Origin: Vulcanimicrobiota bacterium
Lineage (GTDB): Bacteria > Vulcanimicrobiota > Vulcanimicrobiia > Vulcanimicrobiales > Vulcanimicrobiaceae
Direction of reading: 5' to 3'
Assembly: GCA_034666305.1 (NCBI GenBank)
Contig: JAXDMA010000321.1
Location: 1-53,080 of the forward strand
Length of the DNA stretch: 53,080 bases
The first letter of the stretch is position 1. Every line of letters begins with the position of its first letter. Below the pieces are notes generated by a model, which was given only the letters and a program-made list of their open reading frames with translations, did not search any database and was not told the DNA's origin. A program made the translations under genes and the position numbers. Below are positions 34,592-44,251 of the stretch, piece by piece.

Positions 34592-36504
34592 GCGGGTTCC
34601 GGGGAGATGTTCGGCGGCAGGCGCTTGGGACGTTCCGGCCGCGTCTCGGGCTCGACCGGGCGCGATCCCGCGAGCGGTTCGTCGACCGGCGTCTCGACGA
34701 CGGGCTCGTTGGGCGGCCACGGCTTGTCGCCGAGGATCGCGAGCACTTCTTGCGTCTCGACCGTCTCGTGCTCGAGCAGCGAGTTGGCCATGCGCTCGAC
34801 CTTGTCCCAATTCACCTCGAGGATCTTGCGCGCATCGCTATAGCACCCGTCGATGATCTTGCGGACCTCGACGTCGATCTTGCCGGCGATCTCTTCGGAG
34901 TAATTGCGATCTTCGCCGAAGTCGCGACCGAGGAACACCTGGTGGTTGCCGCGGCCGTACTGGATCGGCCCCAGCGTGTCGGACATGCCGTACTGCGTGA
35001 CCATCCGCCGCGCGAGCTCCGTCGCCTTTTCGAAATCGTTCGATGCGCCGGTGGTGACGTCACCGAACTTGATCTCTTCGGCGATGCGGCCCGCCACGGA
35101 CATCTTGATCTGCGCGAGCAGCTCGTTCTTGGTGACCGAATGACGGTCTTCGTCCGGCAGCGACCACGTGAGCCCCAGCGCCATGCCGCGCGGGATGATC
35201 GTCACCTTATGAACCGGATTCGAGTTGGGCGTGAGCCCGCCGACGATCGCGTGGCCGGACTCGTGATACGCCGTGTTCTCTTTCTCGCGCTGCGACATGA
35301 CCACCGACTTGCGCTCGGGGCCCACCATCACGCGGTCGATCGCCTCGTCGCAATCGTTCATCTCGATCACGGACTTGTTGCGGCGCGCCGCGAGCAGCGC
35401 GGCTTCGTTGAGGAGATTCTCGAGATCCGCGCCGGAGAAGCCGGGCGTGCGCCGCGCGAGCGTCTCGAGCGAGACTTCCTTGGACAGCGGTTTGTTCTTG
35501 GAATGCACGCCGAGAATCGCTTGCCGGCCGCGCACGTCGGCGCGGTCGACGACGATTTGCCGGTCGAAGCGCCCCGGGCGCAGCAGCGCCGGGTCGAGCA
35601 CGTCAGGACGGTTCGTCGCGGCGATCAGGATGACGCCGGTGTTCTGGTCGAACCCGTCCATCTCGACGAGCAATTGGTTGAGCGTTTGCTCGCGCTCGTC
35701 GTGCCCGCCGCCGAGTCCCGCGCCGCGCTGGCGGCCGACCGCGTCGATCTCGTCGATGAACACGATGCACGGCGCCGACTTCTTCGCCTGCTCGAACAGA
35801 TCGCGCACGCGCGACGCGCCGACACCGACGAACATCTCGACGAAGTCCGAACCGGAGATCGAGAAGAACGGCACGCCCGCCTCGCCGGCGATGGCGCGCG
35901 CGAGCAGCGTCTTACCGGAACCAGGCGGACCGAGCAGCAGCACACCCTTGGGGATGCGCGCGCCCAGCGCTTGAAATTTCTTGGGGTACTTGAGGAACTC
36001 GACGACCTCGCCCAGCTCTTCTTTCGCCTCGTCGACGCCCGCGACGTCGGCGAACGTGACCTTCGGCCGGTTCTCGTTGAGCAGCTTCGCTCGCGAGCGC
36101 CCGAACGAAAGTGCCTGGCTGCCCCCGCTCTGCGCCTGGCGCAAGATGAAGATCAGCAGCAGCGCCATGATGATGAACGGGATGAACTGGAGGACGTACC
36201 CGAACAGCGGCGTCGACGTGTTGTTGATGACGTTGATCTCGACGCCGTTCTGGCGCAGCGTCGAAAACAGGTCTTTGTCGTCCGGCACGACCGTCGTGAA
36301 CTTCTGCTGGTCGATCAGCTCGCCCGAGACGTCGCGGCCCGTGACCGTGACCTTCTTGACCTTGTGCTGCTGCACGTCGCTGAAGAACGTGGAGTATGCC
36401 AAAGCCGTGGTCGTGCTCTGCGGCATCACGAGCTTATCCACGATGAAAATCACCAGGATGAAGATGCCGAGGACGACGAGGATGCCTTTGAGGTGCTTGC
36501 CCAT
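34588..36504 (-). CDS. ftsH: ATP-dependent zinc metalloprotease FtsH
   Basis: Two TMs, [38 protein letters not shown]. Confidence 0.98.
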   Translation of the reverse strand: MGKHLKGILVVLGIFILVIFIVDKLVMPQSTTTALAYSTFFSDVQQHKVKKVTVTGRDVSGELIDQQKFTTVVPDDKDLFSTLRQNGVEINVINNTSTPLFGYVLQFIPFIIMALLLIFILRQAQSGGSQALSFGRSRAKLLNENRPKVTFADVAGVDEAKEELGEVVEFLKYPKKFQALGARIPKGVLLLGPPGSGKTLLARAIAGEAGVPFFSISGSDFVEMFVGVGASRVRDLFEQAKKSAPCIVFIDEIDAVGRQRGAGLGGGHDEREQTLNQLLVEMDGFDQNTGVILIAATNRPDVLDPALLRPGRFDRQIVVDRADVRGRQAILGVHSKNKPLSKEVSLETLARRTPGFSGADLENLLNEAALLAARRNKSVIEMNDCDEAIDRVMVGPERKSVVMSQREKENTAYHESGHAIVGGLTPNSNPVHKVTIIPRGMALGLTWSLPDEDRHSVTKNELLAQIKMSVAGRIAEEIKFGDVTTGASNDFEKATELARRMVTQYGMSDTLGPIQYGRGNHQVFLGRDFGEDRNYSEEIAGKIDVEVRKIIDGCYSDARKILEVNWDKVERMANSLLEHETVETQEVLAILGDKPWPPNEPVVETPVDEPLAGSRPVEPETRPERPKRLPPNISPEPA

Positions 36505-36542
36505 TGGTTGCGAGACCCTTTTACCGTTCTTTCCTAAGAACG

Positions 36543-37148
36543 TTACTCGGTAAGATACGTCTCGCGCTGTAATGGTTGACCGGGGTCATGCGGGAGCACG
36601 TCCGGCCGGAGCTTCGCGAGATAGGGAAGAGTCCGATACCGTTCCTGGTAGTCCAGACCGTACCCTACGACGAACTCGTCGGGGCAGGTCAAGCCCGTGT
36701 AATCGACCGCCACGTCGACCGCTCGGTGGTATGGCTTGTCGAGGAGAACGGCCGCCCGGAGTGACGCCGGCTGCCGGTTGGCCAGCATCGCGCGCAGGTA
36801 GTGGAGGGTGTGGCCGTTGTCGATGATGTCCTCGACGATGACCACGTGCCGCCCCTCGATCGCGTGCGTGGTGTCCTGGATGAGCCGCACCTCGCCGCTG
36901 GAACGATGGGCGTTCCCATACGAAGAGACGGCGAGAAAGTCGAGCTGCACGTCCGTAGGACCGCCCGGAGTCTGCGCGAGTGCCCGGGCCAGGTCGGCCG
37001 TCACGAACAATGCGCCTTTGAGCACGCCCAGAAGAACCACGGAACGGCCGGCGTAGTCGCGCGCGATCTCCGCGGCGATCCGGCGGTTCGCGGCCGCGAT
37101 CTCTTCGGCGCTGATGAGAATCTGCTCGATGCCGGGCGGGAGCGTCAT
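36543..37148 (-). CDS. hpt: Hypoxanthine phosphoribosyltransferase
   Basis: GVLKGA, VSSYG, IVEDIIDNGHTL, FVVGYGLDY. Confidence 0.95.
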   Translation of the reverse strand: MTLPPGIEQILISAEEIAAANRRIAAEIARDYAGRSVVLLGVLKGALFVTADLARALAQTPGGPTDVQLDFLAVSSYGNAHRSSGEVRLIQDTTHAIEGRHVVIVEDIIDNGHTLHYLRAMLANRQPASLRAAVLLDKPYHRAVDVAVDYTGLTCPDEFVVGYGLDYQERYRTLPYLAKLRPDVLPHDPGQPLQRETYLTE

Positions 37149-37173
37149 GTCATCGTGAGCCGCTGTCGAAGGG
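37149..37173. repeat. Short REP-like palindromic unit
   Basis: GTCATCGTGAGCCGCTGTCGAAGGG between tilS and hpt; resembles 25021-25043. Confidence 0.35.
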
Positions 37174-37203
37174 TGCATCCGACGCGGGTTCGCGCTCGGT
37201 TCG

Positions 37204-38022
37204 TTACCGACCCGTGCCGCGTTCGCCCGCGTCGAGCATCGCTTCGATGCGCTCGAACGGAACGTCGCGCAGCAAGTTGCGTTTGCGCAGCTCGTCGCGC
37301 AGCGCGCGCCGCGCCTGTCCGCGCCCGCTGCGCTCGAGCTCGCCGCGTACGATCGCGGCGCAGCGCGCGACGGCGCGGTCGAGCCGCGGGAACTCCTCGC
37401 GCAGCGCGGCGAGCGGCGCACGCAGCGCGTTGCGGCGGTACCGCGTCTGCTCGTTCGTGGGATCGAGCGCGTACGGCAGCGCGCTGCGGCGCAGCTCCGT
37501 TGCGAGCTCCGCGTGCGTCACGCGCAGCACCGGGCGCAGCAGCTCGACGCGTTCGGTCAGCGGCCGCCGCGGCGGCATCCCGGCAAGCCCGTCGACGCCG
37601 GTGCCGCGAAAGAGCGCGAGCAGCACGGTCTCGGTCTGGTCTTCCGCGGTGTGCGCGGTGGCGACCGACTTCGCGCCCGCCGCGTCCGCCAATTCCGCGA
37701 GCGCGGCGTAGCGTGCCGCGCGCAGGCCGGCCTCGTCGTCGCCCGCGACGCGCGGGCGTGCCACGACCGCCCGGCGGCCCAACCGCGCCGCGACCGAAAG
37801 CACCACGCATTCGTCCTGGCCCGCACTCGCGCGCACGCCGTGATTGACGTGCGCGAGCACGACGTCGTATCCGTCTTCGCGCCCGAGCCGGTCGAGCAAC
37901 GCCGCGAGCGCGACCGAGTCCGGACCGCCCGAGCACGCGACGCAAACGCGAACGCCGCGTTCGAAGCGCACGGCGCTCCGAATCACGGCGTCGAGCGCGC
38001 GTTCCGGCCGGGCGCCGCGCAC
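37204..38022 (-). CDS. tilS: tRNA(Ile)-lysidine synthetase (short form)
   Basis: SGGPDS, HVNHG.R, RAARY, AHTAEDQTET, DPTN...YRRN. Confidence 0.93.
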   Translation of the reverse strand: MRGARPERALDAVIRSAVRFERGVRVCVACSGGPDSVALAALLDRLGREDGYDVVLAHVNHGVRASAGQDECVVLSVAARLGRRAVVARPRVAGDDEAGLRAARYAALAELADAAGAKSVATAHTAEDQTETVLLALFRGTGVDGLAGMPPRRPLTERVELLRPVLRVTHAELATELRRSALPYALDPTNEQTRYRRNALRAPLAALREEFPRLDRAVARCAAIVRGELERSGRGQARRALRDELRKRNLLRDVPFERIEAMLDAGERGTGR

Positions 38023-38110
38023 GGCGTCAGGACGCCTTCAAACAGATCACCATTCTCGGGCATCGTGGCGAGGGAAGTCGCCCGAGAACGGACACGGTAT
38101 CTGAATCGCC

Positions 38111-39268
38111 TCAGTTCACGATGATTTGCGAGGCGCTCACGCTGAACCAGACCGTCGCCGACACCGGATGCGCCGGAGGCCCGCCGGTGACGATGCCTTT
38201 GCAGATACCCGCGGTCTTCGACGTCACGCCGAACGTGAAGCTGTTCACGGGAACGACGGTGACGACCGCGCTCGCGCCGCTGCCGCACGTCGCGACATCG
38301 AGCGCGAGGGCGAACGCATGCCCGGGGAAACCCCAGCCCGCCTGCGCCGCGCCGAACTGCTGCGTCGACGGGATCGTCGTGAAGAACAGCGTCGGCTGAT
38401 TGAAGTTCGGGTCACTCGGCTTGAGCGTATCGTTTGTCGTGCCCGACAAGGTGATGGCCGAATTGGTGGTCTGCACCGCGGTCGTGGTCGTGGGCTTGTT
38501 CGGGATGGCGATCGTGATCGTGAACGGATCGTCGGCGGTCCCGGTGTAGCTCAAGTTCACCACGTCGTTCGGGCCGCCGACGGTGATGGTCGGGCCACTC
38601 TGCGTGCCGTCGCTGATCGACGTCGCGCCGGTCGAGTCGTTGTCGGTCAGCGTGAACGGGTTGGCGTACGGCGTGCTGCCGACGATGAGCGTACCGCCCG
38701 CGTCGAATGCCTGAACCGTGATCGGCCCGGCGAACGACGTGCCCGCGTTGAGCGTCGGTGCGGTCACGACGACGCTGGCGACCAGGCCGTTGACGGACGC
38801 GGTGAGGTTCGGCGTCGTGCCCGGCGTGATCGTGTACGTCGCGGTGGTCGTCGCGAGCTTGTTGTTGCTCGCGTCGAACACGTCGAACTGATACGTCACC
38901 TGGCCGGGCGGAGCGTAGATCGTGACCGTACACGTCTCGCCGCTGGGCGACGTCGTGCAGTTACCGCCCGTCGCGGTCGAGAGCGGGATCGTCTGCGGGT
39001 TGACGGGGGCCTGGGCCGAGGTCGGCGGCTGGCCGTCGACCGTCTTGATGGTGACGACGAGGGAGGTCGCGACGGACCCGGCGCGGGGCGCGCGCTGCGC
39101 GGACGATGTGCTGCGGGGCACGCCGATCGTCAGCTTCGCGGTACCCGGCGCGGGGGTCGCCGTCGGCAGGGGCGTCGGCACCGGTCCGATCGGAGCGGGC
39201 GTGGAGCTTCCGCCGCCGCAACCGGCGAGGAAGACGAGTGACGCGACGGCCAACGCGCGCGTGTTCAT
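38111..39268 (-). CDS. Thr-rich beta-sandwich lipoprotein
   Basis: Lipobox LAGC, Pro/Thr linker, Ig-like strands with Cys pairs. Confidence 0.75.
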   Translation of the reverse strand: MNTRALAVASLVFLAGCGGGSSTPAPIGPVPTPLPTATPAPGTAKLTIGVPRSTSSAQRAPRAGSVATSLVVTIKTVDGQPPTSAQAPVNPQTIPLSTATGGNCTTSPSGETCTVTIYAPPGQVTYQFDVFDASNNKLATTTATYTITPGTTPNLTASVNGLVASVVVTAPTLNAGTSFAGPITVQAFDAGGTLIVGSTPYANPFTLTDNDSTGATSISDGTQSGPTITVGGPNDVVNLSYTGTADDPFTITIAIPNKPTTTTAVQTTNSAITLSGTTNDTLKPSDPNFNQPTLFFTTIPSTQQFGAAQAGWGFPGHAFALALDVATCGSGASAVVTVVPVNSFTFGVTSKTAGICKGIVTGGPPAHPVSATVWFSVSASQIIVN

Positions 39269-39292
39269 GTGACGTCGCCTCCGCTGTACGGG

Positions 39293-39742
39293 TTACTGTT
39301 TGGCGTGGCGGCTGGTGATCGTCACCGTGCCGCCGTTGACGGTGACCTTGAATTGCGCCGTCGCGCCGGATTGGTCGGTGAGCGTGATGTTGCAGGTGCC
39401 GGTGTTTTGCGGCGTGACCGTCGCGGTGAAGACGTTACCGTTTCCCGACGGGTTCCCGACGGTGACGAGCGCGGAGGCGCCCGATCCGCATGCGGCGTCA
39501 GGCGTGACGGTGAGCGAGCTCGTCGGGACGGACACCGTGATGGTCACGTTCTGCGCGTACGTGGCGCCGGTCCCGGAAAATGTCAACGAGTTGGGACTCA
39601 CCGTCAACGTTCCCGGCGGCCGCTGATCCCCCGTCGGAAACGGCGGCGGGTTCGCACCGCCGCCCTGGCAGGCTGCGAACGACAGGGGGACGAGCGCGAT
39701 AAATCCCGCTCGTAAAAAATTGCGGTACCGGTTCATCATCAC
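39293..39742 (-). CDS. Small Ig-like lipoprotein
   Basis: Lipobox FAAC; LTVSPNSLTF; Cys pair; GAAGGA upstream of the ATG run. Confidence 0.75.
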   Translation of the reverse strand: MMMNRYRNFLRAGFIALVPLSFAACQGGGANPPPFPTGDQRPPGTLTVSPNSLTFSGTGATYAQNVTITVSVPTSSLTVTPDAACGSGASALVTVGNPSGNGNVFTATVTPQNTGTCNITLTDQSGATAQFKVTVNGGTVTITSRHAKQ

Positions 39743-39809
39743 TTTCCTTCGGCGCGCCCTGGTAGGCCGATGATCGCTCGTACACCGCAGGGTGAACGCT
39801 ACCCTGCCG

Positions 39810-40307
39810 TCACCGGCTGGTGGATCGAGCGATCTCGCGCTCGACGTCGCGTGCTTGGATGTCCCGGCGGCGGTCCCAAAGCTTCTTCCCGCGCACCAGC
39901 GCGAGCTCGATTTTGACCCGGCCGTTCTTGAAGTACAAGCGCCAGGGGACCAGCGTCAGACCCTTCTCCGCCGCGCGTCCGGCGAGCCGCTGGATCTGCT
40001 CGCGGTGGAGCAGCAGCTTGCGCGGCCGGTTCGGCTCGTGGTTGAAGTGGGACGCCTCCTTGTACGGCGGCACGGTCAGGTTCAACAGGAAGAGCTCGCC
40101 GTCTCGAAGGCGTGCGAAGGCTTCGTTGATCGACACGTTGCCGCGCCGGATCGATTTGATCTCGCTGCCTTGCAGCGCGACGCCGGCCTCGAGCGACTCG
40201 AGCTTCTCGTACTCGTGGCGGGCGCGCCGGTTGTCGAGCGACGGCTCGGGCGCTTGCGCCGCCCGCTCGGCCTTCGCGGCGACGCGAACCTGTTTCATCT
40301 TCGCCAT
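39810..40307 (-). CDS. smpB: SsrA-binding protein
   Basis: NRRARHEY..EAGVALQGSEIKSIR, RKLLLHR, GKKLWDRR. Confidence 0.95.
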   Translation of the reverse strand: MAKMKQVRVAAKAERAAQAPEPSLDNRRARHEYEKLESLEAGVALQGSEIKSIRRGNVSINEAFARLRDGELFLLNLTVPPYKEASHFNHEPNRPRKLLLHREQIQRLAGRAAEKGLTLVPWRLYFKNGRVKIELALVRGKKLWDRRRDIQARDVEREIARSTSR

Positions 40308-40753
40308 CAGACGAGCGCGTCCGATCGTCCCAGCCTGGGCTTGCCGAGCGGTCCGGCGGACACGAACGAGCCTTCCGCCGTCGCGAAGACGGTGCCGTCC
40401 GCGTGCGCGACCGTCGCGTCGAGCGCGATGACCGCGCGCCGCCGCCACTTCACGACCCCGGTCACCACGAGCGGTTCGCCGAGCGGGACCGCCGCGCGGA
40501 AGCGCAGCTGCATCGAGGCGGTCATGCCGCGCTCGCCGATGTGCCCGCATGCGTGGGCCATCGCTTCGTCGAGCAGCGTCATGACGATGCCGCCGTGCGC
40601 GGTTCCGCGCCAGCCTTGAAAGCGCGGCGGCAGCGTGATCTCGGCGCGCACGGCGCCTTCGCCCGCCGCGACGAAGTCGAGGTGCAGGCCGTCGGCGCTG
40701 TAAGGACCGCAGGCGAAGCAGCGCCCGTCATCGACCGGCACCGCGCCGCTCAC
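40307..40753 (-). CDS. PaaI family thioesterase
   Basis: CFACG....GL, QGW...HGG....LDEAM. Confidence 0.88.
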   Translation of the reverse strand: MSGAVPVDDGRCFACGPYSADGLHLDFVAAGEGAVRAEITLPPRFQGWRGTAHGGIVMTLLDEAMAHACGHIGERGMTASMQLRFRAAVPLGEPLVVTGVVKWRRRAVIALDATVAHADGTVFATAEGSFVSAGPLGKPRLGRSDALV

Positions 40754-41781
40754 GTCTTCTTTTTCTTCGGCGCCGGCGAGCTCGACTGCGCCGGCGACGG
40801 CTTGGGTGACGGCTTGCCGTACGCGCCGTCGTCGATTCGCTTGAGCAGCGTGGTCGCATACGCCGTGTCGGTGCCCGCGGTGATCGACGCCCGCAGCGCA
40901 CGCCGCGCGTCGTCCGGCTTCTTTTCGTCGAGGTAGATGCGCGCGAGCAGCGTGTAGCCGTGCTGCCCCGCCTCGCCGACGTGGCCGACGTCGGCCTGCA
41001 GCCCGCGCGTCGCATAGGCGATCGCCGCTTCGTATTGGCCGAGATCGTGCATGAGCGACGCGAGGTGGAAGTAGATGTCGGCGTAATCCGGCACGAGGTT
41101 CGGGACGTCGATGAGCGACGTCAGCGCGCGCTGCGGATCCTTGAGGTCGACCTGGTAGATGCGCGCGAGGTACTCGCGCGCGAGCACGTTCTGCGGATCC
41201 GTGGCGAGCGCGGTGACGAACTCGGTCTTCGCGCGGTTGGCGCTGCGCTCGGCTTCGCGCATGATTCCCAGCGCGGTGTGCGCGGCCTGCGACGCCGGAT
41301 CAATCTGCAGCGCGAGGTTGAGCTCTTCGCGCGCGTCAACGTTGCGGTCGCGCCCGGTGAGCGACACGAACATGTACGTGAAGCCGAGGCGGATGTGCAC
41401 GAGCGCGTTTTTGGGGTTCTTCGGCAGCGCGTCTTCTTCGGCGTTGACGAGCGCGTCGAGCTCGCCCGGCGTTTGCGCCGCGGTCGCGTTGAGGAACGAC
41501 AGCGCCAGGGTGTTGTCGGGGACGACCGCGAGCGCGTGCTCGAAGCCGACGCGCGCGGCCGCGAAATCCCGCGCGTAGAACGCACGCAGTCCTTCGCCCA
41601 GCGGCACCGTGAACGCCGGGTTGGCGTAGTCGTTGCGCGCCGTAGCCGGCGCCGTCGCGCGAACGGGCGGCACCGGCGCCGCGGCGGGAACGGGCGACGG
41701 TTTGGGTGCGGGCGTCGCCGCCAGGAGCGGGAGCGCGCACAGGGACGCGAGGACGAACGCGGTCAGAGAACGGCGCAGCAC
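40750..41781 (-). CDS. Exported tetratricopeptide repeat protein
   Basis: Signal peptide; repeats ALAVVPDN, ALQIDPAS, ALATDPQN. Confidence 0.8.
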   Translation of the reverse strand: MLRRSLTAFVLASLCALPLLAATPAPKPSPVPAAAPVPPVRATAPATARNDYANPAFTVPLGEGLRAFYARDFAAARVGFEHALAVVPDNTLALSFLNATAAQTPGELDALVNAEEDALPKNPKNALVHIRLGFTYMFVSLTGRDRNVDAREELNLALQIDPASQAAHTALGIMREAERSANRAKTEFVTALATDPQNVLAREYLARIYQVDLKDPQRALTSLIDVPNLVPDYADIYFHLASLMHDLGQYEAAIAYATRGLQADVGHVGEAGQHGYTLLARIYLDEKKPDDARRALRASITAGTDTAYATTLLKRIDDGAYGKPSPKPSPAQSSSPAPKKKKT

Positions 41782-41853
41782 AGCGCGCCTCCGTTCCCGC
41801 GGGTTCCCGAGGAACCCTCGGCTGCGGCCGAAGCGCGGGACTTCCGCCTGGCC

Positions 41854-42579
41854 CTAGCGGCCGACGTCCAGGCGGCGGGCGAGCGCGTCGGGCAGGTTCG
41901 CGGCGCGGATCTTCTCCTGCACGCGCGCGATCGGGTACTCCACGCGGGTGACGGTGACGGTCTGCGTGTCCGAGTCGTAGAATCCGAACGACGAGCGCGG
42001 GTTGAGATCGCGCGGCTGCCCCACGCTGCCGACGTTGAACAGATAGCGCAGGCCCGGCAGCAGCTTCACGACGGCTCCTTGCTGCAGGTGCTCGTGCTCG
42101 ATCGTGCCGTCTTCGTTGAGCGTGTAGACTTCGGCGATGTGGGTGTGCCCGATGAAGATGATCGGCGCGTCCGTCGCCGCGAACGCGCGCGCCGCCGCCG
42201 CTTTGTCGAGGATGTACTCGAAGTAGTTGATCGGCGCGCCGTGCACGAGCAAGAACTCCGGCATGCGAAACTCGTAACCCAGGCTGTCGAGCCACGCGAG
42301 GTTTTCTTTGGCGAGCACGCTTTGGGTCCACTTCATCGCTTCGCGCGCCGCCGGGTTGAAGTACGCGAGGCCGAAGTTGTCGATCGCGGCGACGTCGTGG
42401 TTGCCGAGCACCGTCGCCGTCGCGCGCGCGCGAATCTTTTCGACGCACTCGTTCGGGTTGGGGCCGTAACCGACGATGTCGCCAAGGCACAGCAGCGCGT
42501 CGTCGTCGCGCAGCAGCGCGAACACCGCGTCGAGCGCCTCGATGTTCGAGTGGACGTCGGAGACGACCGCGTACCTCAC
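41854..42579 (-). CDS. Metallophosphoesterase (calcineurin-like)
   Basis: SDVHSN, LGDIVGYG, GNHD, GHTH, NVGSVGQPRD. Confidence 0.92.
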   Translation of the reverse strand: MRYAVVSDVHSNIEALDAVFALLRDDDALLCLGDIVGYGPNPNECVEKIRARATATVLGNHDVAAIDNFGLAYFNPAAREAMKWTQSVLAKENLAWLDSLGYEFRMPEFLLVHGAPINYFEYILDKAAAARAFAATDAPIIFIGHTHIAEVYTLNEDGTIEHEHLQQGAVVKLLPGLRYLFNVGSVGQPRDLNPRSSFGFYDSDTQTVTVTRVEYPIARVQEKIRAANLPDALARRLDVGR

Positions 42580-43703
42580 CTTGCCGCCTTCTCCCGTACG
42601 CCGTCGAGCGCCTCGGCGAACGCTTGCGCGAACGCCGCACGCTGCGGCGCGGTCCCGACGGTCACGCGGACGTACCCGTCGATCGGCGGCGCCCACGGCT
42701 TGCGCACGAACACGCCGCGCTCGAGCAGAGCCTGGAGCATCGCGTCGGCCTGCGCCTTGGTCCCGATGCCGATGCACACGAAATTGGTCGCCGACGGCAG
42801 CGACGGCAGGCCGTGCCGCGCGGCCAGCGCGTGGTATTCGTCCCGCCCGCGCTCGACCTCGGCGATCACGCCGCGCAGGAACGCGCCGTCGTCGAGCGCC
42901 GCGAGCGCGCCGATCTGCGCGGTGCGGTTGACGCCGAAGTGCAGCCGAAGCTTTTGGAACGTCGTCACCGTGCCGGCGGACGCGAGCGCGTAACCGATGC
43001 GCGCGCCCGCCATGCCGTACGCTTTTGAAAACGTGCGCGTGCGGATCGTGCGCGGGTCGATGACATCGGCCGGCAAGTCGGCGGGCGCGACGAAGTCGGC
43101 GTACGCTTCGTCCAAGAACAGCAGCACGTCGTCCGGCAAAGCGGCGCGCAGCGCCGCGATCGTGGCGCGGTCGACGAAACCGCCCGACGGGTTGTCGGGG
43201 TTCGCGACGTAGACGAGCTTCGCGTTCGAGCGCGCGACCGCGTCGACGATGCGTTCGGGCACGATCCCGCCGCGCTCGTCCGGCTCGGCGAACTCCGCGC
43301 GCGCGCCGTACGCGGCCAAATGGTAGAACAGCGTCGGATACGTGCCGCGCGTCGCGACGCACGGTTCGCCGGGCGCGCAGAACGCGCGCACGATGAGGCC
43401 CATCAAGTCGTCGATGCCGCAGGCGACCACGATCTCGCCGATGGTGCAGCCGTGGCGCGCGGCCAGCGCGCTGCGCAGCTCGAGCGACTCGGGATCGCCG
43501 TACCAGGACGTCAGCGGCACGGCGTCGCGCATCGCCGCGATCGCGCGCGGCGACGGGCCGAACGCGCTTTCGTTCGCGCCGAGCCGGAGCATCTCGCGCA
43601 AGCCGAGCCGGCGCGCGAGCTCTTCGGGCGCGACGAACGGCGTCGACGGCGGCACGGCGGCGACTTGGGCCGTGGGCTGCGGGAAACGGGGCGGCTCGCT
43701 CAC
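42576..43703 (-). CDS. PLP-dependent aminotransferase, HisC-like
   Basis: GANES.FG, NPDNPSG, DEAY, RTFSKAYGMAGARIGY. Confidence 0.88.
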   Translation of the reverse strand: MSEPPRFPQPTAQVAAVPPSTPFVAPEELARRLGLREMLRLGANESAFGPSPRAIAAMRDAVPLTSWYGDPESLELRSALAARHGCTIGEIVVACGIDDLMGLIVRAFCAPGEPCVATRGTYPTLFYHLAAYGARAEFAEPDERGGIVPERIVDAVARSNAKLVYVANPDNPSGGFVDRATIAALRAALPDDVLLFLDEAYADFVAPADLPADVIDPRTIRTRTFSKAYGMAGARIGYALASAGTVTTFQKLRLHFGVNRTAQIGALAALDDGAFLRGVIAEVERGRDEYHALAARHGLPSLPSATNFVCIGIGTKAQADAMLQALLERGVFVRKPWAPPIDGYVRVTVGTAPQRAAFAQAFAEALDGVREKAAR

Positions 43704-44251
43704 GTGCCTGCGACCCGAATGCGGTCGACGACGTTGCGAATGCCGGCCGTGTCGCGCGCGGTCGCGAGCATCGTGCGCTTCGTCTTCGCGTCGCGAACCG
43801 TCCCGGTCAGCGTCGCGACGCCGGCGTCGACCCGCACGGTGACGTTCTGCAAGCCGAGCTGCGCGGCGATCGCGGCCTGAACCCGGGTGGCCAGCGCGAC
43901 GTCACCGACCTGGTCTCGCAAGCGCGGGCTGCGCGGATCGACGCGAAGATGGTCGACGACGCGCTTCACGTACGTCGTGCGCTCCGCGTCCGCGACGATC
44001 GCCTGGCGCGTCTTGGCGTCGCGCACCTTGCCGCGCAGCGTGACGACGCCGTCGACCACCGAGACGCCGACGCTCGTGGTCGAGTCGGGATATTCCGCGG
44101 TCAGCCGCGCCTTGACGGCGCTCATGATCAGCGCGTCGCGCAGCACCGTCGTCGCGGGCCGCGTTTGCTGCGGGCCCGGCGCGGTGTCGGGCGCGGGCGC
44201 GGTGCAAGCGGCGAGCGCGAGCACCGCGGCGAGCGCGAGCGGACGTCTCAC
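43700..44251 (-). CDS. Dual-BON domain lipoprotein
   Basis: Lipobox LAAC; two repeats D..I/L...V.A.....G.V/ATL.G.V. Confidence 0.88.
   Translation of the reverse strand: MRRPLALAAVLALAACTAPAPDTAPGPQQTRPATTVLRDALIMSAVKARLTAEYPDSTTSVGVSVVDGVVTLRGKVRDAKTRQAIVADAERTTYVKRVVDHLRVDPRSPRLRDQVGDVALATRVQAAIAAQLGLQNVTVRVDAGVATLTGTVRDAKTKRTMLATARDTAGIRNVVDRIRVAGT

Noticed and set aside
39743-39809. tmRNA (ssrA) next to smpB
   Set aside because: The gap is only 67 nt and has no tRNA-like ends; it is probably the promoter/RBS of the lipoprotein genes.
41782-41853. Branched hairpin between the metallophosphoesterase and TPR genes
   Set aside because: Short GC-rich stems without a U-tract or second copy; not distinguishable from chance.
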